Shown here piece after piece: positions 1 to 10,178 of a stretch of 64,000 nt of DNA. The notes under the pieces were generated by a model. It was given only the letters and a program-made list of their open reading frames with translations, was not told where the DNA came from and searched no databases. How positions within the stretch are numbered: position 1 is the first letter of the stretch; the number at the start of each line of letters is the position of its first letter. The stretch spans positions 3,771 to 67,770 of the forward strand of contig JAZNGC010000017.1 in assembly GCA_045589155.1 (NCBI GenBank). Reading direction: 5' to 3'. Position numbers and translations under genes: made by a program. Source of the stretch: Lachnospiraceae bacterium (GTDB lineage: Bacteria > Bacillota > Clostridia > Lachnospirales > Lachnospiraceae).

Positions 1-1
1 T

Positions 2-370
2 ACCGTACAGGATTATGTATTGCTTTTGGGTGTTATCCTGTCCACCGTATTGTTGCTTGTGTCAGTGATTTCCATTATCTCTGCTTTCGCAAAGAGTATT
101 AAAGAAGCTTCTACAATTTGCTCACCTTTGATGATTTTAACCATGGTAGTGAGTTTGGTACCCATGATGGGAGCAGAGCAACTCGAAAAGATCGGAATGT
201 TCTTTATTCCTATCTTAAACAGTGTGCTTTGTATGAATGCTATTTTCTCCTTTGAAGCAGATATTGTAAAAATTATTTTGACAATCATTATAAACGTTGT
301 TTACGCAGCGGCATTAACCTTTGGTTTAACTAAGATTTTCAATAGTGAAAATGCAATGTTTTCCAAATAA
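2..370 (+). CDS. ABC transporter permease, C-terminal part (NatB/ABC-2 like); 5'-truncated by window edge
   Basis: Frame open from base 2; hydrophobic helices with SAFAKSIKEA and FFIPILNS motifs typical of ABC-2 permeases. Confidence 0.7.
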   Translation, partial: TVQDYVLLLGVILSTVLLLVSVISIISAFAKSIKEASTICSPLMILTMVVSLVPMMGAEQLEKIGMFFIPILNSVLCMNAIFSFEADIVKIILTIIINVVYAAALTFGLTKIFNSENAMFSK

Positions 371-378
371 AAAGAAGT

Positions 379-406
379 GGCAGGGAATCCAATCAGATTC
401 CCTGCC
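379..406. terminator. Bidirectional intrinsic terminator
   Basis: GGCAGGGAATC-caatca-GATTCCCTGCC perfect 11-bp stem between convergent genes, with A/T-rich flanks. Confidence 0.8.
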
Positions 407-410
407 TATT

Positions 411-2141
411 TTATTTTCTGAGTATCTTTAAGTAGTCTGTTTCGAGCACTTCGGCATTTTCAAATTCTTTATCAATCCAATCCAACACAATCTGATTTTG
501 CTCCTGATAATTGTAATACGGGTTGGTGAAAAAACTTTTATCTATTACAACTACATTCGGAATTTTGTCAGGATGTCTTTCAAAATATTCCATGTACTGT
601 TGGTTGAATACGGCAGTTCCCTGTACGGAAGGAGTAGAAATTCCGGAGGAAGTGGAAAGATAATAAATGTTTTCACAACCAAAATATAAGAGAGAATCCT
701 CTTTATCGGTGTAAGCCGTTATGGCTGTAAAGTCCCGGTTGAATTTGTCAGCAAGGTCATCCTTTACCAGAACTCCGGCTACCGGACCGCTTTTTACCAT
801 ATCCATGTGCATTTTAACGGAGATGGGGATGCATCCGGTTACCCGTACAAGCAGTAGTTTGCATACCAGCAAGCCAAGTAAAAAGACAACTGCGGTGCTA
901 AAAGTAATATAACGAATCAGTTTGTTTTCGTTGTATTTTTCTTTGAGCATGTTTGCAAGTAGAAAACAGGTGGCAATAACCGCGATATAAATCCGGGCAA
1001 GGGCAATCTCAAAGGACATATTTGTAATCAGTGCAGAAGCGATGACTGCCACAAAGCCGGGAAGGATACCCAAAAAAAGGTATGACCGGTTCTTTTCTTT
1101 GGAAAGAGTGGCCAATATCACTCCGAGTATAGCGATAAGCAAAAATCTGAAATAGAGATAAAATTGGTTAGCATCACCTAAAAAGGAACACCATATGTGA
1201 TTCACGCAGAAAAAGGCGATGGTAACTAATAACTGAATAATCAGTAATATGGATTTTCCATTGGTCTTAACATGGTCTTTTAAAGAGGTGAATTTCCATA
1301 AGCAAACTGTAACCGGAAATGCCAAAGCAAGATGCAATGCCAACTGTATTATAAAATCACGGATTTCCTTGAAATATCCGGAGAAACGGTAGGCAAGGCT
1401 GTTTGAGTGGGACTCATCTGCCATGACAAGGGAAAGGTTTTCTATAAATTCCGGTAGGGACATATAGGAAAACAGGTATAACAAAAAAGCAATTCCCATA
1501 AGTGCAACGGGCAGGGTAAACCAAAGGAGAGAGAGAATTTTTTCTTTCCGGGTATTTTGACACAATTTCCATAGGGCTATCAGGTATACGGGATAAAGTA
1601 AAACCATTGTAGGGTAGCACAGAAACGTGACAAAAAGGGCGATACCGGAAATAATCAGATATCTTTTCCCTGGTTTTTCAAGCCAGGCTAACAGTGCAAG
1701 GAAGATGATACAGGTAGACCAGTACACCATGATTTCAAATTCAGGTAAGGTAAGCCATTTGGGAAGAAAATTCAGATGTATCAGTGTGATAAGCAAACTT
1801 ACACTTAAACTGAATTTTTTTCGGGAATACCGGAAAAAACCATATCCTATCAGTAAGTGAATAATAGTACCCACAATCCTAAGATAAAGGACGCATCCGG
1901 TGGTGTCACCATTTGTGATGAACAAATAGGGGAATAAAAAAACAGAGGAACCGAAAGCACTCATTTGATGGGGCTCCCACATTTCAGCGAACATTTTGTC
2001 GCCAAGAATAAGTCGGTAGGATTGTGCAACGGCATAACCTTCGTCTATGTCGAAACCTATAAATATGGATTTTATAACCGCCAGGGCGGATAATATTATA
2101 AGAATTATATTTGTCAGGGTTACAAATTTTTTATATGTCAC
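411..2141 (-). CDS. Polytopic membrane protein, probable GT-C fold glycosyltransferase
   Basis: 576 aa, many hydrophobic segments, acidic DIDE motif right after TM1, soluble C-terminal domain. Confidence 0.55.
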   Translation of the reverse strand: MTYKKFVTLTNIILIILSALAVIKSIFIGFDIDEGYAVAQSYRLILGDKMFAEMWEPHQMSAFGSSVFLFPYLFITNGDTTGCVLYLRIVGTIIHLLIGYGFFRYSRKKFSLSVSLLITLIHLNFLPKWLTLPEFEIMVYWSTCIIFLALLAWLEKPGKRYLIISGIALFVTFLCYPTMVLLYPVYLIALWKLCQNTRKEKILSLLWFTLPVALMGIAFLLYLFSYMSLPEFIENLSLVMADESHSNSLAYRFSGYFKEIRDFIIQLALHLALAFPVTVCLWKFTSLKDHVKTNGKSILLIIQLLVTIAFFCVNHIWCSFLGDANQFYLYFRFLLIAILGVILATLSKEKNRSYLFLGILPGFVAVIASALITNMSFEIALARIYIAVIATCFLLANMLKEKYNENKLIRYITFSTAVVFLLGLLVCKLLLVRVTGCIPISVKMHMDMVKSGPVAGVLVKDDLADKFNRDFTAITAYTDKEDSLLYFGCENIYYLSTSSGISTPSVQGTAVFNQQYMEYFERHPDKIPNVVVIDKSFFTNPYYNYQEQNQIVLDWIDKEFENAEVLETDYLKILRK

Positions 2142-2334
2142 AATAAAACTCCTTAGTCAAATGATTGATCTTAAACGATAATGTTATTTTATACTATTTA
2201 TATTATGTCTACAACAAAAATAAAAAATGGTTTCAAATTTTAAAATTATATGTTATAATTTTTGTAAAATATGCTATAAATGTGTAAAAATTTTTACAAA
2301 AGACTCTTTTGAGGAGAGATAAGGGAACATTTCT

Positions 2335-5256
2335 ATGAAAATTCTTGAAAAAAAAGGGAAACTACTAATATTTGTATTGGCGATACTGATTTTTGTTTCA
2401 TATTTTGACGTGTTCCGTGCAATGCAAGTAACAGCAAATGAAAAAGAAGTTATCAGAGTGGGCTTCATTGAACAGGAAGGCTTTAACGAAAAAACGGATG
2501 CTCATTTTTTCGGTTATGCAGTGGAATATTTGGATAAAATTGCAGAGTATACCGGATGGGAATATGAGTTTGTGTATGATACGCTGGAAAATTGTATCAG
2601 CCGAACAGAATCCGGAGATATTGATTTGCTCTGTATGATGCAGTATACGGAGAGCCGGGGCGAAAAGTTTCTGTATTCCAATGTGGCATTCGGCTATGAA
2701 TATACGATTATCTATACAACGGTAGATGCAGATATCTATTTCCAGGACTATGATGCACTTGCAGGTCAGAAAATAGGTCTTATGAAAGGAAGTGTTCACT
2801 CAAAAGCGTTTAGTTCAATAATAGAAAAACTGGGTCTTTCTGTGCAGGAATGTTACTATGATACGGAACAAATGGCTTTGGATGCACTGGCACGGGGGGA
2901 AGTTGTTGCAGTTGCAGTGGGAAGTCTGCATAAACATGATAATGTAAAAATTGTAGATCGTTTCGGAACGAAGCCGGTCTATTGTGTTACAGCTAAGGGC
3001 AACGATGAATTTATGAATGAATTATCTACAATTCTTCAGCGGCTGAAAATTATGGAGCCTGAAATAGAAGCACAATTGATAGATAAATATTATGGTGTTG
3101 ATGCTATTTCCATAAGTCCCATGTTTACCCGGGAAGAGGCAGAATACATTGCGAATGCAGAGCCGATAAGAGTTAAACTAATGCAGGGTACAAAACCTCT
3201 CAGTTATATGGAATCGGAAGAGGCTGGGGGATTGTTTGTTGCCTATTTGGAAATGTTGGCAAAGAAAAGTGGTCTTCAGTTTGATATTGAAATTGATGCA
3301 ACATCCATGAGCATGGAAGAGCAAACGCGTCATATGTTGGAAGAAGATTACTTAATGCTTCGTTCAGAACGTTCGTTGATTGAGAATGGTTTAGCTGATG
3401 ATTTAATGACCACAACACCACTTTTGGAAACTACGCTTTCGTATGTGAAACATAAGGATAAGATAGTCGGTGAAAACCGCGATGATTATATATTTGCAGT
3501 GACTAAAGAGATGAAATATCTGGAAGAGTTGCTTGTAAGAGATGTGCCTGATTGCCAAATTCTTTACCTTAACAGTGCGTCGGAATGTTTGGAAAGTGTT
3601 ATTAGTGGCAAAGCAGACGTGGCAATTCAGGATTCATATGTGGTTACTTATCTGCTTCAAAAGCCGAGATATGCTGATCATTTAGTAGAATATCCGGGAG
3701 CGTCCTATAGCAATGGGATGTGTTTGATTGGTAACGGAGACAATCAGATCCTTTTTAAAATTTTGGACAAAACACTGGCTTTTACTTCTGAGAAAGAAAA
3801 AGAAAGCCTGGTTTCTATGGAGTTAATTTTGCACCCTTATGAACAGGGTTTTACGGATTTTCTTTATCGTTATGGAAACTGGATTATTTTTAGTTTTGTT
3901 TGTCTTATTATATCTGTAATAATTTATACACTATTGATTCGTCAGATTACTTCTTTGAAATATAAGCGTAAAGAGTATGAAATGCTGCGTAAGAAAATCC
4001 AACAGGACGAGTTAACCGGTCTCTATAACCGTGCTTACTTCTTTGAAGAGGCACGAAGAAGAATTGATGATACAGAAGAAGAGATGTATATCGTTCTTAT
4101 GGACATTTCTAACTTTAAGGTTGTTAACGATTTATACGGAGTTGAAACCGGAGACAGACTGCTTTGTTATATAGCGGATGAGATTACGGAAATAGGCAGT
4201 GGAAGAGATTTTGTTGCAGCCCGTTTTAATGGAGACCATTTTTATATGTGTCTTCGTAAGAAGGATTTTGAAGAGATTGATTTCAAAAAGCGTTATAAAA
4301 CCTTCTTGGAGGAAATGGATATTACCGTAACATATGGTGTGTTTGAAGTAGAACAACAGAAGGATTTGTCGGTTAATATTATGTGTGATAGGGCCAGCAT
4401 GGCGGCACATGACAGGGACCGTAAGAAATCTGAGTTTATCCGATTCTATTCGGATGACGAAAGAAAACGTATTGTGCATGAACGTGAAATTGAAAATGAT
4501 ATGGAAAAAGCATTGGAAGAGCATCAATTCTGTGTTTATGTACAACCTAAATATAATGTAAATAGTGAAAAAATTATTGGAGGAGAAGCTCTGGTTCGTT
4601 GGCTGCATCCACAAAAGGGGCTGATTTCTCCGGCGTTGTTTATTGGTATTTTTGAAAAAAATGGATTTATTGTCCGCTTAGACCATTATGTATGGGAGGA
4701 AACCTGTAAGTGTGTTGCTAAATTGAAGAAGCAGGGTTATGTTGGTTTGCCCATTTCTATCAATGTTTCCCGTACACATTTTTATGGCAAAGAACTTAAA
4801 GATAAACTGCAGGAACTTATCCGGAAATATGAGTTATCTCCGGATGATATTGAACTGGAGATTACAGAAACAATATGTGCAGAAGACCCGGATATTATAT
4901 ATAAGAGAATTAAAGAACTTCGGGAACTTGGCTTTAAGATTGCCATGGATGATTTCGGAAGTGGTTATTCTTCTTTGAACATGTTAAAAGAAGTTCCGCT
5001 TGATATTATCAAAATGGATTTGAAATTCCTGGATGGCGGAGAGGATGTAGAAAAGGGCCGTTATATTCTGCATACTCTGATTAATCTGGCACAGAATATG
5101 CAGCTTAAAGTGGTTGTGGAAGGTGTTGAAACCAAAGAACAGGTGGAATTCCTTCGCGAGATAGGAAGTTATTATGTGCAGGGTTATTATTATTCAAAGC
5201 CGGTTGATATTACAACCTATGAAGCAATGCTGGAAAAGGAAAGAAAAGGAGAATAG
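2335..5256 (+). CDS. c-di-GMP phosphodiesterase: two extracellular solute-binding domains, TM, degenerate GGDEF, EAL
   Basis: N-terminal hydrophobic segment, two PBP-type repeats, DELTGLYNR, NGDHF in place of GGDEF, EALVRW, DDFGSGYSS, EGVET. Confidence 0.9.
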   Translation: MKILEKKGKLLIFVLAILIFVSYFDVFRAMQVTANEKEVIRVGFIEQEGFNEKTDAHFFGYAVEYLDKIAEYTGWEYEFVYDTLENCISRTESGDIDLLCMMQYTESRGEKFLYSNVAFGYEYTIIYTTVDADIYFQDYDALAGQKIGLMKGSVHSKAFSSIIEKLGLSVQECYYDTEQMALDALARGEVVAVAVGSLHKHDNVKIVDRFGTKPVYCVTAKGNDEFMNELSTILQRLKIMEPEIEAQLIDKYYGVDAISISPMFTREEAEYIANAEPIRVKLMQGTKPLSYMESEEAGGLFVAYLEMLAKKSGLQFDIEIDATSMSMEEQTRHMLEEDYLMLRSERSLIENGLADDLMTTTPLLETTLSYVKHKDKIVGENRDDYIFAVTKEMKYLEELLVRDVPDCQILYLNSASECLESVISGKADVAIQDSYVVTYLLQKPRYADHLVEYPGASYSNGMCLIGNGDNQILFKILDKTLAFTSEKEKESLVSMELILHPYEQGFTDFLYRYGNWIIFSFVCLIISVIIYTLLIRQITSLKYKRKEYEMLRKKIQQDELTGLYNRAYFFEEARRRIDDTEEEMYIVLMDISNFKVVNDLYGVETGDRLLCYIADEITEIGSGRDFVAARFNGDHFYMCLRKKDFEEIDFKKRYKTFLEEMDITVTYGVFEVEQQKDLSVNIMCDRASMAAHDRDRKKSEFIRFYSDDERKRIVHEREIENDMEKALEEHQFCVYVQPKYNVNSEKIIGGEALVRWLHPQKGLISPALFIGIFEKNGFIVRLDHYVWEETCKCVAKLKKQGYVGLPISINVSRTHFYGKELKDKLQELIRKYELSPDDIELEITETICAEDPDIIYKRIKELRELGFKIAMDDFGSGYSSLNMLKEVPLDIIKMDLKFLDGGEDVEKGRYILHTLINLAQNMQLKVVVEGVETKEQVEFLREIGSYYVQGYYYSKPVDITTYEAMLEKERKGE

Positions 5257-5259
5257 AAA

Positions 5260-6261
5260 GTGAAAAAAATATTGCTGATTGCGACAGGTGGAACTATCGC
5301 TTCAGGATATACAAAAGAAGGACTTTCACCGAAAATTCCGGCAGAGAATCTTTTATCTTATGTGGAAGGATATGAGAAATTTTGCCGGGTAGATGTGATG
5401 CAACCTTTTAGCCTGGACAGTACGGATATATATAAAGAACAATGGGTTAAATTGACCGATACTATCAGGGATAAATATGAGTGTTATGATGGGTTTGTGA
5501 TATGTCATGGAACGGATACAATGGCATATACGGCAGCTGCGTTGTCTTATATGATACAAAACAGCAAAAAGCCTATTGTTATCACAGGTGCACAAAAACC
5601 TATAGATTTGCCGGTGACAGATGCAAGAACAAATTTGTCTGATAGTTTGCGGTTTGCATCTCATGAAAGGGCACATGGGGTAAATATTGTTTTTGGTGGA
5701 AAAGTGATTGCCGGAACGAGAGCAAAGAAAGAGCGCTCGAAGAGTTATAATGCTTTTTCCAGTATCAATTATCCTTCTATAGCAATGATTATTGACGACA
5801 GAGTGGTGTTTTATATTGATGACAAGGATAAAGTTCAGGGCAAGGTACAATTTTTTGACCAAATGAATGACAGGATTTTTTTGCTGAAACTGATTCCGGG
5901 AATGGATGCATCTATATTGAATTATGTTTTTGAACATTATGATGGTGTGATTATCGAATCTTATGGTGTAGGCGGTCTGCCGGGTTATGGAGAAACACCT
6001 TTTTATTCCGAAATAAAAAGATGGACAGAGGCAGGAAAAATCATTGTTATGGCAACACAGGTGACTCATGAAGGCAGTGATATGGGTGTATACCGTGTGG
6101 GTAAGGTAATGAAGGAGAATTTTAGTCTGACGGAAGCCTACGATATGACCTTAGAGGCTACTGTGACAAAGACCATGTGGGCACTTGCGATTGAAAAGGA
6201 GCCGGAAAAATTTAAAGAGTTATTGTATGAAACAATTAATCATGATATTTTGATTTCATAA
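5260..6261 (+). CDS. ansA: L-asparaginase (type I, cytoplasmic)
   Basis: ATGGTIA and HGTDTM catalytic Thr motifs, TGAQKP; no signal peptide. Confidence 0.9.
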   Translation: MKKILLIATGGTIASGYTKEGLSPKIPAENLLSYVEGYEKFCRVDVMQPFSLDSTDIYKEQWVKLTDTIRDKYECYDGFVICHGTDTMAYTAAALSYMIQNSKKPIVITGAQKPIDLPVTDARTNLSDSLRFASHERAHGVNIVFGGKVIAGTRAKKERSKSYNAFSSINYPSIAMIIDDRVVFYIDDKDKVQGKVQFFDQMNDRIFLLKLIPGMDASILNYVFEHYDGVIIESYGVGGLPGYGETPFYSEIKRWTEAGKIIVMATQVTHEGSDMGVYRVGKVMKENFSLTEAYDMTLEATVTKTMWALAIEKEPEKFKELLYETINHDILIS

Positions 6262-6285
6262 ATATGAAGTATATTTGGCAGGATG

Positions 6286-6317
6286 AAAAGGGTAAACCGA
6301 AAAGGTTGCCCTTTTTT
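6286..6317 (+). terminator. Intrinsic terminator after ansA
   Basis: AAAAGGGTAAACC-gaaaa-GGTTGCCCTTTTTT. Confidence 0.75.
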
Positions 6318-6333
6318 ATTTTCTGAAATTTAA

Positions 6334-6371
6334 TGTTACTTTTTGTTTTTAAAACGGGATATATAAGTAGA
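6334..6371 (+). promoter_or_regulatory. Putative ECF-sigma autoregulatory promoter
   Basis: TGTTAC-N19-ATATATAAGTAGA; same motif and spacing at 7870-7907. Confidence 0.5.
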
Positions 6372-6408
6372 GACGAAAGTCCGGGAAGGTGAAAATGGAG
6401 GATTACAA

Positions 6409-6906
6409 ATGAGGGATGGCGAATTTATACGCAACTTGTATGAAACAACTTCCGTTAGACTAATGAAGTATATCATGCATGTGTGCAATGACAGGCATTT
6501 GTCTGAGGATGTATTACAAGAAACATATTTTGAAGCCTTATTGAGAAAAAACTCATTAATAAAACATGAAAATGTGACAGGTTGGCTTTACAAAACAGCC
6601 AGTTATAAACTGATGAATGCAATCAGAAAAAGGGAAATGCAGAATGTCAGTATAAACGCATTGCTGGGAGACAATCAGGAACCGAAAGGCTATGATATGA
6701 GTTTCGGAAACTGTGAATGTTGGTTGACATTGGAGACAGTACTTAGTAAAAGTGAGCGTCAGCTTATCTGGCTACATTACATACACGGTTACACCTGGAA
6801 AGAGATATCGCTGGCAGAAGGAATAAGTGAAGGTGCGTTGAGAACACAGATCTTCAGAATTAAAAAGAAACTGAGAAAAATGCTTGGAAAAGAGTTTAAA
6901 TTGTGA
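6409..6906 (+). CDS. ECF RNA polymerase sigma-70 factor
   Basis: 165 aa, SEDVLQETY and GWLYKTA (region 2), C-terminal HTH (region 4); GGAGG RBS. Confidence 0.9.
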   Translation: MRDGEFIRNLYETTSVRLMKYIMHVCNDRHLSEDVLQETYFEALLRKNSLIKHENVTGWLYKTASYKLMNAIRKREMQNVSINALLGDNQEPKGYDMSFGNCECWLTLETVLSKSERQLIWLHYIHGYTWKEISLAEGISEGALRTQIFRIKKKLRKMLGKEFKL

Positions 6907-6922
6907 TTATAGGAGAGGAACA

Positions 6923-7858
6923 ATGGGAAATCAGAAAGAAAACAATGATGAATTATTATTTGGTTTATTAAGTGAAAAATTATATAGCCATTATTGCGGA
7001 TCAGAAGAAGGACATTTGAGTAAAGAGGAGGAGCAGGCGGTTATAAATATGATGAACTCCCTGCAGGTAGAAGAAAAGGACGATTTTGATCCTACAAGCT
7101 CTTATAAAAAGTTCTGTGATAAATATCTGACAGAGGAAGAAGCAGTGGCAAAAACAATGACAATCAGTAGCATAGAAGACCTGATTGTAGAGATGGAAAA
7201 TGATTTAAATAATATGAAGGAGCTTGAGAAAACTTTGCCTATAATGAGTGGTATATTGGCACTGTTTAGCAGATTGGGTAGGATGAGAGTAGTAAGACGT
7301 CTGGCGATGGCCGTTTTGATTGTTGCGGTTATGTTTTGCGGTATGAACATCGGTACTTATGCTACCGCAAAGATGGGATTTGTTGAATTTTTGTCTAAGA
7401 ATGAAAACGGCTGGAGTTTTATGGTAACGGGAGAAGATGATAGTGTGGATATGGAGGAGATTACACAAAATATATACAAATCGTGGGATGAAATAAAGCG
7501 GTTAGAAGGGATGGAGGATATGCTCATTCCAAACTGGCTACCGGAAGGGTGTGATTTAGGTGGCGTTTGGATTTTACAAGGGCCGGACAAAAAATCATTT
7601 ACAGGAAAATATTTTAATGAGAATGAAGAAAAGTTTCAAATCATTGTTGAAAAATATAATGAGGAAATAAGATGGCAATTTTTTAAAAAAACTATCGGTG
7701 ATGAGTATATTGAGGAGAATGTTGGTGAAAAACATGTGTTGTGGTATGAGGAAGGGGGAAAAAAGGTATGTTTTTTTGTGAAAAATCAGTGTAGCTATTA
7801 CGTATGTGGTGATATTGAAAAAGAAGAGATTAAGACAATTGTTGAAAATGTAAAATAA
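6923..7858 (+). CDS. Probable membrane anti-sigma factor (DUF4367-like C-terminal domain)
   Basis: Directly after the ECF gene; cytoplasmic N-terminus, one TM, PNWLPEG motif; start moved to ATG 6923 after AGGAGAGG. Confidence 0.7.
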   Translation: MGNQKENNDELLFGLLSEKLYSHYCGSEEGHLSKEEEQAVINMMNSLQVEEKDDFDPTSSYKKFCDKYLTEEEAVAKTMTISSIEDLIVEMENDLNNMKELEKTLPIMSGILALFSRLGRMRVVRRLAMAVLIVAVMFCGMNIGTYATAKMGFVEFLSKNENGWSFMVTGEDDSVDMEEITQNIYKSWDEIKRLEGMEDMLIPNWLPEGCDLGGVWILQGPDKKSFTGKYFNENEEKFQIIVEKYNEEIRWQFFKKTIGDEYIEENVGEKHVLWYEEGGKKVCFFVKNQCSYYVCGDIEKEEIKTIVENVK

Positions 7859-7869
7859 TTTATATAATG

Positions 7870-7907
7870 TGTAACATTTTTCCTTTGTAAAAACATTTAT
7901 AGATAGA
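7870..7907 (+). promoter_or_regulatory. Putative ECF-sigma promoter of the secreted-protein gene
   Basis: TGTAAC-N19-ATTTATAGATAGA; matches 6334-6371. Confidence 0.5.
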
Positions 7908-7972
7908 AGGCTATGAAAGGAGGGCCTGCGGACTATATTTGCTAACTAATATTACAAAGGAGAAAAAGAAAA

Positions 7973-8491
7973 ATGAAAAAGCAAAGAAAAAGAATTTTAG
8001 CAACTTTTTTAGCGGTTTTGATGTTGGTATTAGGGTGTCATAATACAACATCAGCAGCGGAAGCACCAGCGGTTTACGCTGTAAAACGAATTTATGAACT
8101 TCCTAATTATGATAATACCAATGTAGAATGGTTTGTTATTGATGGAAACACAAATGTCCGTTCAACACCGAGTTTAACCAGTTGTAGTATTTCAATGGGG
8201 TGCAGTAGTGCCGGGCTTGAAGTAGCCTTTTATACAAATTGCTCACATATGTCTGAAGAAGTTGGTATAAAAGATATTAGAATTCAAAAGCAAGTGGGGA
8301 TATTTTGGACCACTGTAGCTACCAGTGCAGGCGGAAGCTGTGGAGATACATGTGTTTATGGTGGAAGCCTGTTATATACCAATGCAGAATATGGGGCAAC
8401 CTACCGTGTAATTGGAGTTCATTTTGCCTACTGCGGAGGATATGATTTACAAGCAGAAAATGTAACCGGAGGTGTAAAATTTACATATTAA
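7973..8491 (+). CDS. Secreted hypothetical protein
   Basis: Basic N-terminus, hydrophobic core, TSA-AE cleavage site (or LVLGC lipobox-like); AAGGAG RBS; 7 Cys. Confidence 0.75.
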   Translation: MKKQRKRILATFLAVLMLVLGCHNTTSAAEAPAVYAVKRIYELPNYDNTNVEWFVIDGNTNVRSTPSLTSCSISMGCSSAGLEVAFYTNCSHMSEEVGIKDIRIQKQVGIFWTTVATSAGGSCGDTCVYGGSLLYTNAEYGATYRVIGVHFAYCGGYDLQAENVTGGVKFTY

Positions 8492-8648
8492 TTTAAACCC
8501 AAAGAAGAGAAATTGAAAACTAGAAAATAAAAAGAAATTTACAAGGAAATGAAACTTAAGACAAACTAAATCTGGAATAATCAGGGTAAGATTGTCCGGT
8601 TACAACAGTCCTGCCTTGTTATTCATAATTGTGTAAGGGATTCAAATA

Positions 8649-8693
8649 GCGGAAGGCCGTGGAGTTTATCATCTACGGTTTTTCCGTTTTTTT
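8649..8693 (+). terminator. Intrinsic terminator
   Basis: GCGGAAGGCCGTGGA-loop-TCTACGGTTTTTCCGT followed by T-run. Confidence 0.7.
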
Positions 8694-8718
8694 ACCCATA
8701 TAACATATAAAATTTGCC

Positions 8719-8747
8719 TTGACAATATCGGAACTACCAACTAAAAT
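8719..8747 (+). promoter_or_regulatory. sigmaA promoter of the pheST leader
   Basis: TTGACA-17-TAAAAT. Confidence 0.7.
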
Positions 8748-8767
8748 AAATAAAAACAAAATATATC

Positions 8768-9049
8768 AAAGGCTATGAAGGTGCTTGCGTTAGCAAACAG
8801 ATTATCATTTTCTTTCAGAGAGAGGGAGTCACCGGCTGAAAGCCCCCTTAAGTTCAGATGATGATTAAATTTCTCACCGGAGCTGTTTGAGTGAAATCCG
8901 AACCAACCAAAAGATGAAGTTGTAGGAGTATAGTTCAAACCGTTAGCGCGCGTTAGTCGTAAAGAGAGTCTGTTTATATTTTATAAGCAGGAATCAGGGT
9001 GGTACCGCGGAAGATTTCGTCCCTTGCATGTATATGCAGGGGATTTTTT
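8768..9049 (+). ncRNA. T-box riboswitch (Phe)
   Basis: AGAGA and GCTGA stem I boxes, specifier TTC at 8871-8873, T-box AATCAGGGTGGTACCGCG at 8992-9009, terminator 9020-9049, upstream of pheS. Confidence 0.92.
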
Positions 9050-9116
9050 ATTGCTATCAAAAGATAACAGAAAAATCTTAAAACAAAACGAATGATTATA
9101 AATAAAGGAGAAAGAG

Positions 9117-10145
9117 ATGAACGCAAATTTAGAACAAATTAAACAAGAGATTCTTGCGGGAGCAGAGGAACTGAATTCTTCCAAAGAAGTATATGAGTTC
9201 AAAAAGAAATTTCTTGACGGAAAGACCGGAAAAATTGGTCTCTTAATGAAAGAGATGAAAAACATTGCGCCTGAAGAAAGAGCAGCATATGGCAAAGGTG
9301 TAAATGAATTAAAAGAATGGGCATTGGAATATCTTGGAAGCCTTGACGGTAAGATGAAGGAAAAAGAACTTCTGGCCCGCTACGAAGCAGAAAAAATTGA
9401 TATTTCTTTACCTGCTGTAACAACAGAAGAAGGAAATTTACATCCTATTACACTTGTTAGAAACGAGATTATTGATATTTTTGCCGGAATGGGATTTGAA
9501 ATTTTCGAGGGTACAGAAATTGAAACCGATTATTACAATTTCACAGCCTTGAATACTCCCCAGGACCACCCTGCAAGAGATATGCAGGATACCTTCTATC
9601 TGTCTCCTGAATTTTTGCTGAGAACACAAACGTCTGCAGGTCAGATTCATGTTATGGAGAATTCCAAACCGCCTATTAAGATTTTATCTCCCGGTAAGGT
9701 ATTCCGTTCCGATGACGATGCTACTCATTCACCTATGTTCTCACAGATGGAAGGCCTTGTTGTAGATAAAGGAATTACACTGTGCGATTTACAGGGTATG
9801 CTGGATGTTTTTGTAAGTAAAATCTTCGGTGAAGGAACAAAGACAAGACTTCGACCTTCTTATTTCCCTTTCACAGAACCTTCCGTTGAAGTAGACTGCA
9901 GTTGTTTTGAGTGCGGTGGCAAAGGCTGTAAACTTTGTAAGGGAACAGGCTGGATAGAGATTTTAGGTGCCGGTATCGTAAACAACAAAGTACTTGAAAA
10001 TTGTAATATTGATTCTAATGAATATAGCGGTCTTGCATTTGGTATTGGTATCGAGCGTATTGCAATGCTCAAATACGGCATTAACAACATCAAAATGTTG
10101 TTTGAATCCGACATCAAAGTCTTAGGTCAGTTGAACGATAAATAA
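9117..10145 (+). CDS. pheS: Phenylalanine--tRNA ligase alpha subunit
   Basis: [34 protein letters not shown]. Confidence 0.97.
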   Translation: MNANLEQIKQEILAGAEELNSSKEVYEFKKKFLDGKTGKIGLLMKEMKNIAPEERAAYGKGVNELKEWALEYLGSLDGKMKEKELLARYEAEKIDISLPAVTTEEGNLHPITLVRNEIIDIFAGMGFEIFEGTEIETDYYNFTALNTPQDHPARDMQDTFYLSPEFLLRTQTSAGQIHVMENSKPPIKILSPGKVFRSDDDATHSPMFSQMEGLVVDKGITLCDLQGMLDVFVSKIFGEGTKTRLRPSYFPFTEPSVEVDCSCFECGGKGCKLCKGTGWIEILGAGIVNNKVLENCNIDSNEYSGLAFGIGIERIAMLKYGINNIKMLFESDIKVLGQLNDK

Positions 10146-10178
10146 GCAGAAACGAAAAGAAAGGTTTGGTAAAAAGAT

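Noticed and set aside
8741-9295. Short minus-strand ORFs across the pheS leader
   Set aside because: The region is fully explained by the T-box and pheS
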